From: Acidimicrobiia bacterium
GTDB taxonomy: Bacteria > Actinomycetota > Acidimicrobiia > Acidimicrobiales > VFJN01
Direction: 5' to 3'
Length of the DNA: 64,000 bases
Assembly (NCBI GenBank): GCA_047459075.1
Contig: VSCH01000005.1
Location: forward strand, 29,693-93,692
The first letter of the stretch is position 1, and each line of letters begins with the position of its first letter. Shown piece after piece: positions 48,110 to 58,805 of the stretch. Made by a program: the position numbers and the translations under genes. The notes beneath the pieces were generated by a model. It saw only the letters and a list, made by a program, of their open reading frames with translations, was not told the DNA's origin and made no database searches.

Positions 48110-49113
48110 GCCGGGGGCGGCGGGACCCGCTCGCCCTCGACGACCGCCCCGGGCTCGACCCGGTGGCCGTCGCCGACGACGCTGCAGCCGGTCACCCGGG
48201 CGTCCGCGCCCACCACCGCCCCGTGGCCGATGATCGACGCCTCGACGACGGCGCCGGCCTCGACGACGGCGCCGTCCAGCAGGACCGAGCCGGCGACGGT
48301 CGCCCCCGCGGCGACGCGGGCGCCGGCGCCGACGACCGAGCGCACGACCCGCGCCCCGGCGTCCACCTCGGCGGTGGGCTCGATGGCCTCCATCGCCGGG
48401 CCCCGCAGGCCCTCGACGAGGTCGAGCTGGGCCTGGATGTACTCGCGGGGCGTCCCGGTGTCGATCCAGTAGGTGTCGCCGTCGACGGCGTAGAGGCAGC
48501 CCTCCTCGACCATGGCCGGGAAGACCTCGCGCTCCACCGACACCGGGCGGTCCGGCGCGATGCGGTCGAGCACCGTGGGCTCGAGGACGTAGGTGCCGGC
48601 GTTGATGAGGTTGGTCGGCGCCTCCCCCGGCGGCGGCTTCTCGACGAACGCGAGCACCCGGCCCTCCTCGTCGGTGGGCACGACGCCGTAGCGCGACGGG
48701 TCGTTGACCTTGTGCAGCGTGATCGTCGCCTCGGCGCCGCAGCGCTCGTGGAACTCGACCACCCGACCGAGGTCGAGGTCGGTCAGCACGTCGCCGTTGA
48801 CCACGACGAAGCGCTCGTCGATGCCGGCGTGGCAGGCGGCGAAGCGGATGGCCCCCGCCGTGTCGAGGGGCTCGGGCTCGACGGCGTACTGCAGCCGCAC
48901 CCCGGCGCAGACGGCGTCCGGGTAGGCGTCGCGGAAGACGTCGGGCATGAACCCGAGCGACAGCACGACCTCGTCGATCCCGTGCCGACCGAGGTGGCCG
49001 ACGACGTGCTCGATCATCGGCCGGTGGACGATCGGCAGCATCTGCTTCGGGCGCGCGTTCGTCAGCGGGCGCAGACGCGTGCCGAAGCCCCCCACCAGCA
49101 CGACGGCGCGCAC
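48106..49113 (-). CDS. manC: mannose-1-phosphate guanylyltransferase-type NDP-sugar pyrophosphorylase
   Basis: 335 aa. N-terminal LVGGFGTRLRPLT is followed by a left-handed beta-helix hexapeptide-repeat C-terminus. Confidence 0.88.
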   Translation of the reverse strand: MRAVVLVGGFGTRLRPLTNARPKQMLPIVHRPMIEHVVGHLGRHGIDEVVLSLGFMPDVFRDAYPDAVCAGVRLQYAVEPEPLDTAGAIRFAACHAGIDERFVVVNGDVLTDLDLGRVVEFHERCGAEATITLHKVNDPSRYGVVPTDEEGRVLAFVEKPPPGEAPTNLINAGTYVLEPTVLDRIAPDRPVSVEREVFPAMVEEGCLYAVDGDTYWIDTGTPREYIQAQLDLVEGLRGPAMEAIEPTAEVDAGARVVRSVVGAGARVAAGATVAGSVLLDGAVVEAGAVVEASIIGHGAVVGADARVTGCSVVGDGHRVEPGAVVEGERVPPPPA

Positions 49114-49114
49114 G

Positions 49115-49891
49115 TCAGCCTGCCGGGGTCGTCGTGGTGGTCGTGGCCTCGTCGGCGGCCGTCGTGTCGGTGCCGCCCTCGCCGGCGGTCGTCGTCGTGG
49201 ACTCGCCGGTCTCGCCCTCCTCGGGGAGGGAGGAGGCGGTGGCGTCGTCGACGGCGCCCAGCTCGGCCAGGCGGTCGGAGGACGGCGGCTTGGGGATGTC
49301 GGTCGTGCCCTCGGGGACGAAGGCGATCGTGTAGCCCTCGCCGTCCTCCCGGAAGCGGATGTCGCCGAAGTCCCGCCGGATCAGCGCCGGCTTGTCGTCG
49401 GTGGTCTGGACGTCCTTCCACTGGGCGACGACGAGCTCGGCGTCCTCGCCGTCGCAGTCGTCCTCGCCCTCGGTCCAGGTCTCGCCGTCGACGGTGAGCG
49501 AGTCGTCGTCGAGCTCGATGCCCGCGCCGTCCAGGTAGACGCCGAGCGTCGCGTTCTCGCCCGCGCCGCCGGTGCTGTAGGGGTGGATGTGGATGACGCC
49601 GTCGGAGTGGGTGTGGATGCCGACGGGGCTCTCGAAGCCCTCGACGTCGGGCAGGAACTCGTCGCAGACGTAGACGCCGAACGACGCGTGCCAGTGGTCC
49701 TGGCCCACGACCGGCGGGATGTCGTCCTCGGACTTCCGCTCGTTGGCGGCGTAGGCGATGAGCCCGGAGCCGAGCAGCACGATCAGCGCGATGACGCCCG
49801 GGAACAGGAGGCTCTGCTGGCGGCGCCCGGCGGAGCGGCCGCCGGCCCGGGCCGCGCGCGCGACCTTCTTGGATGACGAGGCCTTGCCCAT
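49115..49891 (-). CDS. membrane-anchored hypothetical protein with His-cluster motifs and an acidic/Thr-rich tail
   Basis: 258 aa. A basic N-terminus and one TM helix are followed by DHWHASFGVYVCD and GIHTHSDGVIHIHP. The tail reads ...GESTTTTAGEGGTDTTAADEATTTTTTPAG. Confidence 0.7.
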   Translation of the reverse strand: MGKASSSKKVARAARAGGRSAGRRQQSLLFPGVIALIVLLGSGLIAYAANERKSEDDIPPVVGQDHWHASFGVYVCDEFLPDVEGFESPVGIHTHSDGVIHIHPYSTGGAGENATLGVYLDGAGIELDDDSLTVDGETWTEGEDDCDGEDAELVVAQWKDVQTTDDKPALIRRDFGDIRFREDGEGYTIAFVPEGTTDIPKPPSSDRLAELGAVDDATASSLPEEGETGESTTTTAGEGGTDTTAADEATTTTTTPAG

Positions 49892-49904
49892 GACGCCCCC
49901 GAGG

Positions 49905-51179
49905 CTATCCGGCGGCCCCGCGCCGGCGCGAACGCAGCTCCTCGAAGAGCTCCTCGTAGCGCTGGGCGATCGCCGCCGGCGAGGCCCAGCTCTCCACGAA
50001 GGCCCGGCCGGCCCGGCCCATGGCGGCGGCCCGGTCGGGGTCCTCCAGCAGGGTCACGATCGCGTCGGTGAACGCCTCGGGGTCCTCGGGGGGCACGGCG
50101 AGCCCGGCGCCGGCCTTCTCGACCAGCCGGGCGACCTCGGTGCCCTCGTCGACGCTGGCCACGATCGGCCGCCCGGCCGCCAGGATCGAGTACGTCTTCG
50201 ACGGCACGCTGGCCCGGGCCAGGCCCCGCCGCAGCGGCACGACGTGGACGTCGGCCGCCGCCAGCACCTCGGGCAGGCGCTCCTTCGGCTGGTAGTCGAC
50301 GAAGACGACGTTGTCGAGGCCGGCCGCCTGCTCCTCGATCGACGGGCGGGCCGAGCCGCCGCCGTTGATCACGAACACCACGTCGGCCATGTCCGGCCGC
50401 TCCCGCAGCGTGCGGGCGGCGGCGACCATGAGCTCGAGCGACTGCGAGAAGCCGACGTTGCCGGCGTACATCACGACCCGCTTGCCCGACAGGCCGTGCT
50501 CGCGCCGGTAGCTGCCGGCCTCCGGGTCGGCGGGGGTGATGCGGCTCGTGTCGACGAAGTTGGGGATGACCCGGATCCGGTCCTCGGCGTCCGGCACCGT
50601 GCCCCGGATCTTCCCCACCAGGTTGTCGCGCAGGTCGTCGGACAGGACGGTCACCGCGTCCGAGCGCCGGTAGCTCCACCGCTCCAGCCACGAGGCGAGG
50701 CGGATCACCCGGGGGTCGGTGATGGCCCCGACCTCCACGGCGACGTCGGGGAAGACGTCCTGGATGTTGAAGACGAACGGCACGCCCCACCGGCGGGCGA
50801 CGAGCCAGCCCGCGGCACCGAGCGTCAGCGGCGGCGACATGGCCAGGACCGCGTCGGGCCGCTCGCCCGGGCGCCCGACCAGGCCCATGACCGTCGACAG
50901 GACCGTGAACCCGGCGAAGGCGGCCGCCCGGGCCGGGATGTTGCGCTTGTCGGTCGGGAACGGGTGCACCCGGGTGATGCGGGCGCCCTCGACGTCCTCG
51001 TGGCGCACGATGCGCCCCTCCCAGCCCGGCTCGATGCGGTGGTGCCGGTACCAGGGCAGCGAGGTGACGACGTGCAGCTGGTGGCCCCGGGCGATCAGCT
51101 CGGTCCCGATGCTGGTCATCACCTCGCCGGTCGGCGCGGTGTCCGGTGCGTAGTGCGGGCAGAGCACCAGCAGCTTCAC
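49905..51179 (-). CDS. GT4-family glycosyltransferase (WcaI/WbuB-like subtype)
   Basis: 424 aa from the GTG at 51179, with a GTGA overlap onto the upstream gene. Motifs: LCPHYAPDTAPTG, NVGFSQ and VPSKTYSILAAGRPIV. Confidence 0.88.
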   Translation of the reverse strand: MKLLVLCPHYAPDTAPTGEVMTSIGTELIARGHQLHVVTSLPWYRHHRIEPGWEGRIVRHEDVEGARITRVHPFPTDKRNIPARAAAFAGFTVLSTVMGLVGRPGERPDAVLAMSPPLTLGAAGWLVARRWGVPFVFNIQDVFPDVAVEVGAITDPRVIRLASWLERWSYRRSDAVTVLSDDLRDNLVGKIRGTVPDAEDRIRVIPNFVDTSRITPADPEAGSYRREHGLSGKRVVMYAGNVGFSQSLELMVAAARTLRERPDMADVVFVINGGGSARPSIEEQAAGLDNVVFVDYQPKERLPEVLAAADVHVVPLRRGLARASVPSKTYSILAAGRPIVASVDEGTEVARLVEKAGAGLAVPPEDPEAFTDAIVTLLEDPDRAAAMGRAGRAFVESWASPAAIAQRYEELFEELRSRRRGAAG

Positions 51180-52372
51180 GGCAGGGCTCCATCGTCTCGG
51201 GCGCCCTCGGGGCCCCGGGGCGCGTCGTCGGGCGGGGGCGGCGGGGCCGCGCCGTCGCCCAGCACGGCCCGGTACGTGCCGAGCGTGGCGTCCGCCGTCC
51301 GGGCCCAGGTGAACTCGGCCACCCGCTTGCGGCCGGCCTCGACGAGGCGGGCGCGCTGCTCGTCGTCCTCGAGGATGCGCAGCATGGCCTCGACCCAGGC
51401 CGCGGCGTCCTCGACGGGCAGCTTCACCGCGGCGTCGCCCACGACCTCGGGCAGCGCGCCGGCCACCGACGACAGCACCGGGGTGCCGAGGCCCATCGCC
51501 TCGAGCACCGGCAGGCCGAAGCCCTCGTAGCGGGACGGGAAGACCATGGCGGTGGCCCCCCGCACGATCGCCAGCACGTCGCGCCGGGGGATGAGGCCGG
51601 TGCGGCGCACCCGCCCCCGCAGGCCGAGGGCGACGATGCGGTCGGCGATGGACCGCTCGGCCGGGCCCTCGCCCCCGGTGAGCACGAGCGCGACGTCCTG
51701 CTCGCGGGCGGCCACCACGGCGAAGGCCCGCAGCAGCGTCTCGTGGTTCTTGTGGTTCCAGGTGAACGACGGGTAGACGAACCACCGGCGGGGCAGGCCG
51801 TAGCGGGCCTGCACCTCGGCGACGCTGACCTCGGTCGTCGGGGCCCCGACGCCCCAGGTCGCGACGTGGATCCGCTCGGGCGGCACGTCGAACCGCTCGA
51901 CGATCCCCCGGCGGACGAACTCGGTGGGCGCGATGACCGCCGCGGCCCGCCGCACCGACCGCGGGATCGACCGCTGCAGGTACACCCGCTTCACCGGCTC
52001 GAAGTTGTCGGGCATGTCGAACGGCTGCAGGTCGTGCACGGTCACGACGCCCCGCGTGCCCCGCACCACGGGCAGGACGCCGCCCATGTGGTGCACGAGG
52101 TCGAGGCCGTCGCGGGTGGCGTTGGCCAGCCAGGTGTTCTCGGTCAGGACCCGCAGCGGCCGGACGCGGCCGGTGATGGGCACGAGCCGGGTCGGGAAGG
52201 CCCGCACGACGTCGGGGTAGGCGTGGCCGAACGCGTCGAGCGCGTAGAGGGTGAGCTCGAGGTCGTCGGGCGGGTGCGCGGCGATCTGGCGCAGCAGCGC
52301 GACGGTCGCGGTCTCGGTGCCGCCGACCCGCCCGGGGACCAGCCACAGCAGGTTGCAGCCCACCCTCCTCAC
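51176..52372 (-). CDS. GT4-family glycosyltransferase
   Basis: About 398 aa with the EX7E motif [19 protein letters not shown]. The GTG at 52372 forms a GTGA overlap with the upstream stop. Alternative GTG at 52363. Confidence 0.85.
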   Translation of the reverse strand: MRRVGCNLLWLVPGRVGGTETATVALLRQIAAHPPDDLELTLYALDAFGHAYPDVVRAFPTRLVPITGRVRPLRVLTENTWLANATRDGLDLVHHMGGVLPVVRGTRGVVTVHDLQPFDMPDNFEPVKRVYLQRSIPRSVRRAAAVIAPTEFVRRGIVERFDVPPERIHVATWGVGAPTTEVSVAEVQARYGLPRRWFVYPSFTWNHKNHETLLRAFAVVAAREQDVALVLTGGEGPAERSIADRIVALGLRGRVRRTGLIPRRDVLAIVRGATAMVFPSRYEGFGLPVLEAMGLGTPVLSSVAGALPEVVGDAAVKLPVEDAAAWVEAMLRILEDDEQRARLVEAGRKRVAEFTWARTADATLGTYRAVLGDGAAPPPPPDDAPRGPEGARDDGALP

Positions 52373-53466
52373 GTCCCGGCCACCTCCCGGTAGGCGGCGA
52401 CCGTGCGCGCCGCCGTCACGTCCCAGGTCCACTCCCCGGCCCGCGCCCGCCCCGCGGCCCGCAGGCGGTCGGCCAGGTCGTCGTCGTCGAGCACCGCGGC
52501 CAGCGCGCCGGCGATGGCGTCGACGTCGGTGGGGTCGACCGCCAGGCCGGCGCCGCCCTCGACCAGCTCCTCGGTGGCGGTGCCGGCCGAGGTGACCACC
52601 GGCGCCCCGGCCCCCATCGCCTCGGCGACCGGGAGCCCGTAGCCCTCCCACAGGCTCGGGTAGCACATCACCGCCGCCCCACGGTAGAGCGGCGCCAGGT
52701 CGGAGCCGGGGACGAACCCGGTGAGGCGGACCCGGTCGCCGAGCCGGGACGCCGCGTCGCCCAGCGCGTCGCCCCACCCCTCGGGCCCGACGACGACCAG
52801 CTGGACGTCGCGGTGCGGCAGCCGGGCGACGGCCTCGACCAGGCGGCGCAGGTTCTTGCGGGGCTCCAGCGTGCTGACCGACAGCACGTAGCGCCCCTCG
52901 ATCCCGTAGCGCCGGCGGACGGCCTCGACGTCACGCTCGGCCACCTCGACCGTGCGCATGCCCCAGGGCACGTGGCGCAGCCGCTCGGGCTCGACGCCGG
53001 CGTCGACGCAGTCGCGCATGGTGGCCCGGGACGGGCACAGCACGAGGTCGGCGTCGTCGACCACGCACCGCAGGCCCGACTCGAAGAACCGCACGCCGTT
53101 CGGCGTGAACATCGACGGGTCCCGGCGCCAGGCCAGGTCGTGCAGGGTCACCACCAGCGGCGCCCGGCGGGGCGGGACGGCGTAGCCGGTGGCGTGGACG
53201 ACGTCGACGGGCCCGGTCGCCCGCTCCACCGGCGGCCGGCGCCACCGGTGCCAGCTCCGGTAGAGCGCCAGCCGGGGCAACGGCAGGTGGCGCACCGGGA
53301 TGGCGGGCCGCCAGGCGGGCGCCGGCGGGCGGCGGTGGCAGGCGGCGACGCCGACCTGGTCGACGCCCCCGGCCGCGGCGACGGCGGCGATCTGCTCGAG
53401 CGCGGCGCGTGCCGTCCCGCCCGGGACGCGGTGCCAGCACTGCTCGATCACGACCGCCACGCGCAT
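52369..53466 (-). CDS. GT4-family glycosyltransferase
   Basis: EX7E motif [19 protein letters not shown]. The ATG at 53466 (MRVAVVIEQ) is preceded by AGGA. The track ORF extends to 53505. Confidence 0.85.
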   Translation of the reverse strand: MRVAVVIEQCWHRVPGGTARAALEQIAAVAAAGGVDQVGVAACHRRPPAPAWRPAIPVRHLPLPRLALYRSWHRWRRPPVERATGPVDVVHATGYAVPPRRAPLVVTLHDLAWRRDPSMFTPNGVRFFESGLRCVVDDADLVLCPSRATMRDCVDAGVEPERLRHVPWGMRTVEVAERDVEAVRRRYGIEGRYVLSVSTLEPRKNLRRLVEAVARLPHRDVQLVVVGPEGWGDALGDAASRLGDRVRLTGFVPGSDLAPLYRGAAVMCYPSLWEGYGLPVAEAMGAGAPVVTSAGTATEELVEGGAGLAVDPTDVDAIAGALAAVLDDDDLADRLRAAGRARAGEWTWDVTAARTVAAYREVAGT

Positions 53467-53557
53467 GGGCGGGCATCCTGGCACGCGGCGGTGCCGCCAC
53501 GACACCCGGCCACCGGGCGCACCGGACGGGCCACATCGGGCGCGTCGGGCCGCCCGG

Positions 53558-53563
53558 TACGAT
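53558..53563 (+). promoter_or_regulatory. candidate -10 hexamer (TACGAT), leaderless promoter of fcl
   Basis: TACGAT, 8 nt before the ATG at 53572. Confidence 0.45.
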
Positions 53564-53571
53564 CAGGACCC

Positions 53572-54534
53572 ATGTCCGAGTTCTGGTCCGATCGCACCGT
53601 GGTCGTCACCGGCGGTCGGGGGTTCCTCGGGCGGGCCGTGTGCGCCCGCCTCCGCGAGCGGGGGGTGGGCCGCCTCATCGCGCCGTCGTCGGCCGAGTAC
53701 GACCTCCGGCGCCCCGACGACGTGGCCCGCCTCTTCGCCGACACGCAGCCCGACCTCGTCTTCCACCTGGCGGCCCGGGTGGGGGGCATCGGCGCCAACA
53801 TGGCCCGCCCCGCGGACCTCTACCTGGACAACCTGCTCATGGGCACCTACGTCATCGAGGAGGCCCGCAAGGCCGGGACGCCGAAGACGGTCGTCACCGG
53901 CACCATCTGCTCGTACCCGAAGCACACGCCGGTGCCCTTCCGCGAGGACCACCTCTGGCAGGGCTACCCCGAGGAGACCAACGCCCCCTACGGGGTCGCC
54001 AAGCTGGCCCAGCTCGTGCAGGCCCAGGCCAACCGGGCCCAGTACGGGCAGAACGTCATCTACCTCATGCCGACCAACCTCTACGGGCCCGGCGACAAGT
54101 TCCACCCGGCGGTCAGCCACGTCATCCCCGCCCTCATCAAGAAGTGCGTCGACGCCGTCGAGTCCGGCGCCGACCACATCGAGGTGTGGGGCACGGGCTC
54201 GGCGTCGCGCGAGTTCCTCTACGTCGACGACGCCGCCGAGGGGCTGGTGCTGGCGGCCGAGCACTACGACGGCCCCGACCCGGTCAACCTCGGCACCGAC
54301 GAGGAGCTGCCCATCCGCGACCTCGCGGCCATGATCGCCGAGCTCACCGGGTTCACGGGTGAGATCCGCTGGGACACCTCCAAGCCCGACGGCCAGCCCC
54401 GGCGGCGGGTCGACCCGAGCCGGGCGGCCGAGCTGTTCGGGTTCAAGGCCCAGGTGCCGTTCGCCGAGGGCCTCCGCCGCACCATCGACTGGTACCTCAC
54501 CCACCGCGAGGAGGCCCTGGCCCGCGACCACTGA
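53572..54534 (+). CDS. fcl: GDP-L-fucose synthase (GDP-4-keto-6-deoxymannose 3,5-epimerase/4-reductase)
   Basis: 320 aa with [30 protein letters not shown] and TNLYGPGD, typical of Fcl/WcaG. Confidence 0.88.
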   Translation: MSEFWSDRTVVVTGGRGFLGRAVCARLRERGVGRLIAPSSAEYDLRRPDDVARLFADTQPDLVFHLAARVGGIGANMARPADLYLDNLLMGTYVIEEARKAGTPKTVVTGTICSYPKHTPVPFREDHLWQGYPEETNAPYGVAKLAQLVQAQANRAQYGQNVIYLMPTNLYGPGDKFHPAVSHVIPALIKKCVDAVESGADHIEVWGTGSASREFLYVDDAAEGLVLAAEHYDGPDPVNLGTDEELPIRDLAAMIAELTGFTGEIRWDTSKPDGQPRRRVDPSRAAELFGFKAQVPFAEGLRRTIDWYLTHREEALARDH

Positions 54535-54551
54535 CGCGGGCCACCGCCGGC

Positions 54552-55487
54552 TCAGCCGAGGGTCCGGCGGAACCAGTCGGCCGTGCGGGCGAGCCCCTCG
54601 CGCAGGTCGACCTCGGGCCGCCAGCCCAGCGCCGTGCGGGCGAGCGTGATGTCGGGCCGCCGCTGGGCCGGGTCGTCGGCCGGCAGCGGCTCGTGGACGA
54701 TCTCCGAGCTCGACCCGGTCACCTCGAGGACCAGCTCGGCCAGCTCGCGGACGGTGTACTCGTCGGGGTTGCCGATGTTGACCGGCCCGGTCACGTCGCT
54801 GTCGAGCAGGTCGAGGACGCCGCGGATCTCGTCGTCCACGTAGCAGAACGACCGGGTCTGGCTCCCGTCGCCGTAGACGGTCAGCGGCTTGCCCTGCAGC
54901 GCCTGGACGAGGAAGTTCGACACCACCCGGCCGTCGTCGACCCGCATCCGCGGCCCGTAGGTGTTGAAGATGCGCACGATGCGCACGTCGAGGCCGTGGT
55001 AGCGGTGGTAGGCCATCGTCATCGCCTCGGCGAAGCGCTTGGCCTCGTCGTAGACCCCCCGGGGGCCGACGGGGTTGACGTGCCCCCAGTAGCTCTCGTG
55101 CTGCGGGTGGACCTGGGGGTCGCCGTAGACCTCGCTGGTCGAGGCGAGCAGGAACCGCGCCCCCTTGGCCTTGGCCAGGCCCAGGCTGTTGTGGGTGCCG
55201 AGGCTGCCCACCTTGAGGGTCTGGATGGGCATCTCCAGGTAGTCGCGGGGCGACGCGGGGCTGGCGAAGTGCAGCACGGCGTCGACCGGGCCGGGCACCC
55301 AGATGAACGTGCTGACGTCGTGGCGGACGAACGTGAACCCGGGCCGGGCGAAGAGGTGCTCGATGTTGGCGACGTCGCCGGTCAGCAGGTTGTCGAGCGC
55401 GACGACCTCGTCGCCCCGGTCGAGGAGGGCCTCGCACAGGTGCGATCCGAGGAAGCCCGCGCCGCCGGTGACGACGACGCGCGCCAT
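54552..55487 (-). CDS. uxs: UDP-glucuronate decarboxylase (UDP-xylose synthase)
   Basis: 311 aa with [28 protein letters not shown] and [12 protein letters not shown] overlap with ugd. Confidence 0.9.
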   Translation of the reverse strand: MARVVVTGGAGFLGSHLCEALLDRGDEVVALDNLLTGDVANIEHLFARPGFTFVRHDVSTFIWVPGPVDAVLHFASPASPRDYLEMPIQTLKVGSLGTHNSLGLAKAKGARFLLASTSEVYGDPQVHPQHESYWGHVNPVGPRGVYDEAKRFAEAMTMAYHRYHGLDVRIVRIFNTYGPRMRVDDGRVVSNFLVQALQGKPLTVYGDGSQTRSFCYVDDEIRGVLDLLDSDVTGPVNIGNPDEYTVRELAELVLEVTGSSSEIVHEPLPADDPAQRRPDITLARTALGWRPEVDLREGLARTADWFRRTLG

Positions 55488-56755
55488 CAGCGGCCGATGC
55501 CGACGTAGGCGAAGCCGCGCCGCTCGAGCGCCGGCTTGTCGAGCAGGTTGCGGGCGTCGACGACCCGCGGCGCCCGCATGAGGCCGGCCACCTTGTCGAA
55601 GTCGAGCCAGCGGAACTCGTCCCACTCGGTGAGCACGGCCAGCACCTCGGCGCCGTCGCAGACCGAGTAGGGGTCGGCGGCCGGCTCGATGCCGTCGATC
55701 GTCCACCGGACGGCGGGGTCGTAGGCCCGCACCTGCGCGCCCTCCTCCCGCATCAGCGAGATGATGCGCAGCGCCGGCGACTCCCGGGTGTCGTCGGTGC
55801 GGGCCTTGAAGGTGAGCCCCCACACCGCCACCGGCACGCCCTCCAGCGAGCCCCCGGCCATGGTGCGGATCTTGGCCACGACCCGCTTGAACTGGTCCTC
55901 GTTGACGGTGATGACGCCCCGCAGCAGGTCGAACGAGTAGCCGGCCTGGTCGGCGATGTGTACCAGGGCCCGGGAGTCCTTGGGGAAGCAGCTGCCGCCC
56001 CAGCCGGGGCCGGGCTTCAGGAACTCGTGGCCGATGCGCTTGTCGTAGCCCATGCCGAGGACGACGTCCTTGACGTCGGCCCCGACCGCCTCGCACACCG
56101 CCGCGATGGCGTTGACGAAGCTGATCTTCGTGGCCAGGAAGGCGTTGGAGGCGTACTTGATGGTCTCGGCCGAGGCGGGGTCGGTGACGATGATCGGCGC
56201 GGTGACGCCGATGTAGAGCGACGCCACCCGCACGGCGGCCGACTGGTCGTCGCTGCCGATGACGATGCGGTCGGGGTTGAGGAAGTCGTGGACCGCCGAG
56301 CCCTCCCGGAGGAACTCGGGGTTGGAGACGACGGTGACGTCGTCCCGCCCCAGCACCCGCTCGACGACCCGGGTCGAGCCGACCGGCACCGTCGACTTGT
56401 TGACGACCACCGCCTCGCTCGGCAGGTGGGGGCCGATCTCGCGGGCGGCCGCCTCGATGTAGGACAGGTCGGCCGACCCGTCCTCGGCCTGGGGGGTCGG
56501 CACGCACAGGTAGGCGAACTCGGCGGAGGGCGCCGCGGTGGCGGCCCCGACGACGAACCGGAGACGGCCCTCGGCCAGGCCCTCGCGCACGAGCTCCTCC
56601 AGCCCGGCCTCGACGATCGGGATCTCGCCGCGCTGCAGCCGGGCGATGCGCTCCTCGTCGATGTCGGCGCACACGACGTCGTGGCCAAGCGACGAGAAGC
56701 ACGCCGCCGTGGTGAGCCCGACGTAGCCCGCCCCGATCACTGCGATCTGCGCCAC
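55487..56755 (-). CDS. ugd: UDP-glucose 6-dehydrogenase
   Basis: 422 aa from the GTG at 56755, 7 nt after AGGAGG. Motifs: [14 protein letters not shown] and the catalytic-Cys loop [10 protein letters not shown]. Confidence 0.93.
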   Translation of the reverse strand: MAQIAVIGAGYVGLTTAACFSSLGHDVVCADIDEERIARLQRGEIPIVEAGLEELVREGLAEGRLRFVVGAATAAPSAEFAYLCVPTPQAEDGSADLSYIEAAAREIGPHLPSEAVVVNKSTVPVGSTRVVERVLGRDDVTVVSNPEFLREGSAVHDFLNPDRIVIGSDDQSAAVRVASLYIGVTAPIIVTDPASAETIKYASNAFLATKISFVNAIAAVCEAVGADVKDVVLGMGYDKRIGHEFLKPGPGWGGSCFPKDSRALVHIADQAGYSFDLLRGVITVNEDQFKRVVAKIRTMAGGSLEGVPVAVWGLTFKARTDDTRESPALRIISLMREEGAQVRAYDPAVRWTIDGIEPAADPYSVCDGAEVLAVLTEWDEFRWLDFDKVAGLMRAPRVVDARNLLDKPALERRGFAYVGIGR

Positions 56756-56930
56756 TGCACGACCTCCTGGGCCCGCGGTTCCTTGTCGAGGGCCGTCAGG
56801 CCCGCAGCACCGTCTCCGAGCCGGAAACGGTAGTGGCACGGGCGGCCGCGATGACCATTCCCCGCGCCCGCACCCGCGATGCGCAGGCCCGACGCGCCGG
56901 TCGACCCGGTGGCGCGCGCACCCCGTGGGC

Positions 56931-56936
56931 TAGCCT
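56931..56936 (+). promoter_or_regulatory. candidate -10 hexamer (TAGCCT) for the dprE2 operon
   Basis: TAnnnT hexamer about 92 nt upstream of the GTG at 57029. It would give a leader of roughly 85 nt containing the hairpin CCGCGA-ccgga-TCGCGG. Confidence 0.25.
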
Positions 56937-57028
56937 CGCGCCGTTGCGCCGCGACCGGATCGCGGCCGACGACTGGCGCGGACTTGGGGGCCGCACCACC
57001 CGCTCGACGCTCGTCAGAGAGGTTCGCC

Positions 57029-57808
57029 GTGCGCAACGCACTCGGTGCCATCCAATCCCTGTTGGTCCTCGGCGGGTCGTCCGACATCGGGGCCGCCATC
57101 GCCGAGCGGCTCGTCCCCGGCGGCTGCCGGCGCATCGTCCTCGCGGGGCGCGACCAGGAGAAGATGGAGCGGGTCGCCGAGCGCCTCCGGGGCCTCGGCG
57201 CCGAGGTCGCGATCACCGCGTGGGACGCCACCGACGTCGACGGTCACGGCGACGCCGTGAAGGCGGCCTGGGACGCGCTGCCGGGCGACGGGCCGGGCGA
57301 CGTCGACGCCGTCGTGCTGGCGGCCGGGGTGCTGGGTGACCAGGAGGCCCTCGAGGACGACCCCGCCGCCGCGGCCCAGCTGGCCATGGTGAACTACGTC
57401 GGCCCGGTCTCCACGCTCCTCCACGTCCGCCGCCGGTTGGAGGAGCAGGGCCACGGCACGATCGTCGTGCTCAGCTCCGTGGCCGGCGAGCGGATCCGCC
57501 GGTCCAACTACGTCTACGGCTCCACGAAGGCGGCGCTGGACGCGTTCTGCCAGGGCCTCGGCGACGCCCTCCAGGGCACCGGCGTCGAGGTCATGGTCGT
57601 GCGGCCGGGCTTCGTCCACACGAAGATGACCGAGGGCCGCACGGCCCCGCCGCTCGCCACCACCCCCGGTGCCGTGGCCGACGCCGTCGCCGCCGGCCTG
57701 GCGACGGGCAGGCACACGGTGTGGGTGCCGGGTACCTTCCGCTGGGTGATGTCCGTGTTCCGGCACCTCCCCCGGCCGCTGTGGCGCCGCCTCTCCGCGC
57801 GGATGTGA
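57029..57808 (+). CDS. dprE2: decaprenylphospho-D-erythro-pentofuranosid-2-ulose 2-reductase-like SDR
   Basis: 259 aa. GTG at 57029 after AGAGAGG. Motifs: LVLGGSSDIG and YVYGSTKAAL. The sequence is close to the mycobacterial DprE2 pattern (from memory), and the gene context includes dprE1 and the PRTase. Confidence 0.82.
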   Translation: MRNALGAIQSLLVLGGSSDIGAAIAERLVPGGCRRIVLAGRDQEKMERVAERLRGLGAEVAITAWDATDVDGHGDAVKAAWDALPGDGPGDVDAVVLAAGVLGDQEALEDDPAAAAQLAMVNYVGPVSTLLHVRRRLEEQGHGTIVVLSSVAGERIRRSNYVYGSTKAALDAFCQGLGDALQGTGVEVMVVRPGFVHTKMTEGRTAPPLATTPGAVADAVAAGLATGRHTVWVPGTFRWVMSVFRHLPRPLWRRLSARM

Positions 57809-57809
57809 G

Positions 57810-58805
57810 GTGCTCCGCTCCGTGAGCACCGTGCCCGCCTCGTCGTCCTCGCCGCCGGAGCTGGCCGGCGCCCGTGGCGCGCGCCGCGGCGGGCCCGACG
57901 GGGCCGGGCCGGACGACCGCCGGCCGGCGTCCCTGGTGGTCGGGCTGGTGCGCCTGGCCCGGCCCAAGCAGTGGGCGAAGAACGTGCTCGTGTTCGCCGC
58001 CCCGGCGGCGGCGGGCGTCCTCGACAACCGCGAGTGGGCCCTCGACGCGCTCGCCGCCTTCGTCTGCTTCTGCCTGGCGGCGGCCGGCACCTACTACGTC
58101 AACGACGCCCGGGACGTCGAGGCCGACCGGCGCCACCCCACCAAGCGGCACCGGCCGGTCGCCTCCGGCGTCGTCCCCGTGCCGGTGGCCTACGCGGGCG
58201 GCGCGCTGCTGCTCGCCGCCGCGGTCGGGCTGGGGTGGCTCGTCAACCCCGACCTCGCCCTCACCCTCGGCGGCTACATCGTGCTCACCACGGCGTACTC
58301 GTCGTGGCTGAAGCACGTCGCGGTCGTCGACCTGGTGGCGGTGGCGGCGGGGTTCGTCCTGCGGGCCATCGCCGGCGCGGCGGCCACCCAGGTGCCGATC
58401 TCCGACTGGTTCTTCATCGTCACCAGCTTCGGGGCGCTGTTCATGATCTCGGGCAAGCGCGCCGCCGAGGCCAAGGAGATGGGTGACGACGCCGGCGAGT
58501 TCCGCTCGGTGCTGGCGCACTACGGACCGTCCTACACCGCCTACCTTCGGGCCGTGACCTCCGGAGCGGTGCTCGTCGCCTACTGCCTGTGGGCCTTCGA
58601 GAAGGCCGAGACGGTCGCCGGCTCGACCGTGCCCTGGTACCAGCTCTCGATCCTGCCCTTCGTCATGGGCGTGCTGCGCTACGCGCTCGTGCTCGACCAG
58701 GGGCGGGGCTCGGCGCCCGAGGACATCGTCCTCCACGACCGCCCGCTGCAGCTCATCGGGCTGGCCTGGGCGGTCGTCTTCGCCATCGGGGTGTACACGG
58801 CGTGA
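57810..58805 (+). CDS. UbiA-family decaprenyl-phosphate 5-phosphoribosyltransferase-like
   Basis: 331 aa with ARPKQWAKNVLVFAAP and YYVNDARDVEADRRHPTKRHRPVASG. It resembles M. tuberculosis Rv3806c. The start lies 1 nt after the dprE2 stop. Confidence 0.82.
   Translation: MLRSVSTVPASSSSPPELAGARGARRGGPDGAGPDDRRPASLVVGLVRLARPKQWAKNVLVFAAPAAAGVLDNREWALDALAAFVCFCLAAAGTYYVNDARDVEADRRHPTKRHRPVASGVVPVPVAYAGGALLLAAAVGLGWLVNPDLALTLGGYIVLTTAYSSWLKHVAVVDLVAVAAGFVLRAIAGAAATQVPISDWFFIVTSFGALFMISGKRAAEAKEMGDDAGEFRSVLAHYGPSYTAYLRAVTSGAVLVAYCLWAFEKAETVAGSTVPWYQLSILPFVMGVLRYALVLDQGRGSAPEDIVLHDRPLQLIGLAWAVVFAIGVYTA

Noticed and set aside
56756-57028. Track ORFs 56796..57041 and 56737..57231 in the 273-nt ugd / dprE2 intergenic region
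   Set aside because: Both are Arg/Ala/Pro-rich with no start signals, and both overlap the dprE2 start. The region is better explained as two divergent promoters plus 5' leaders. A small RNA cannot be excluded.
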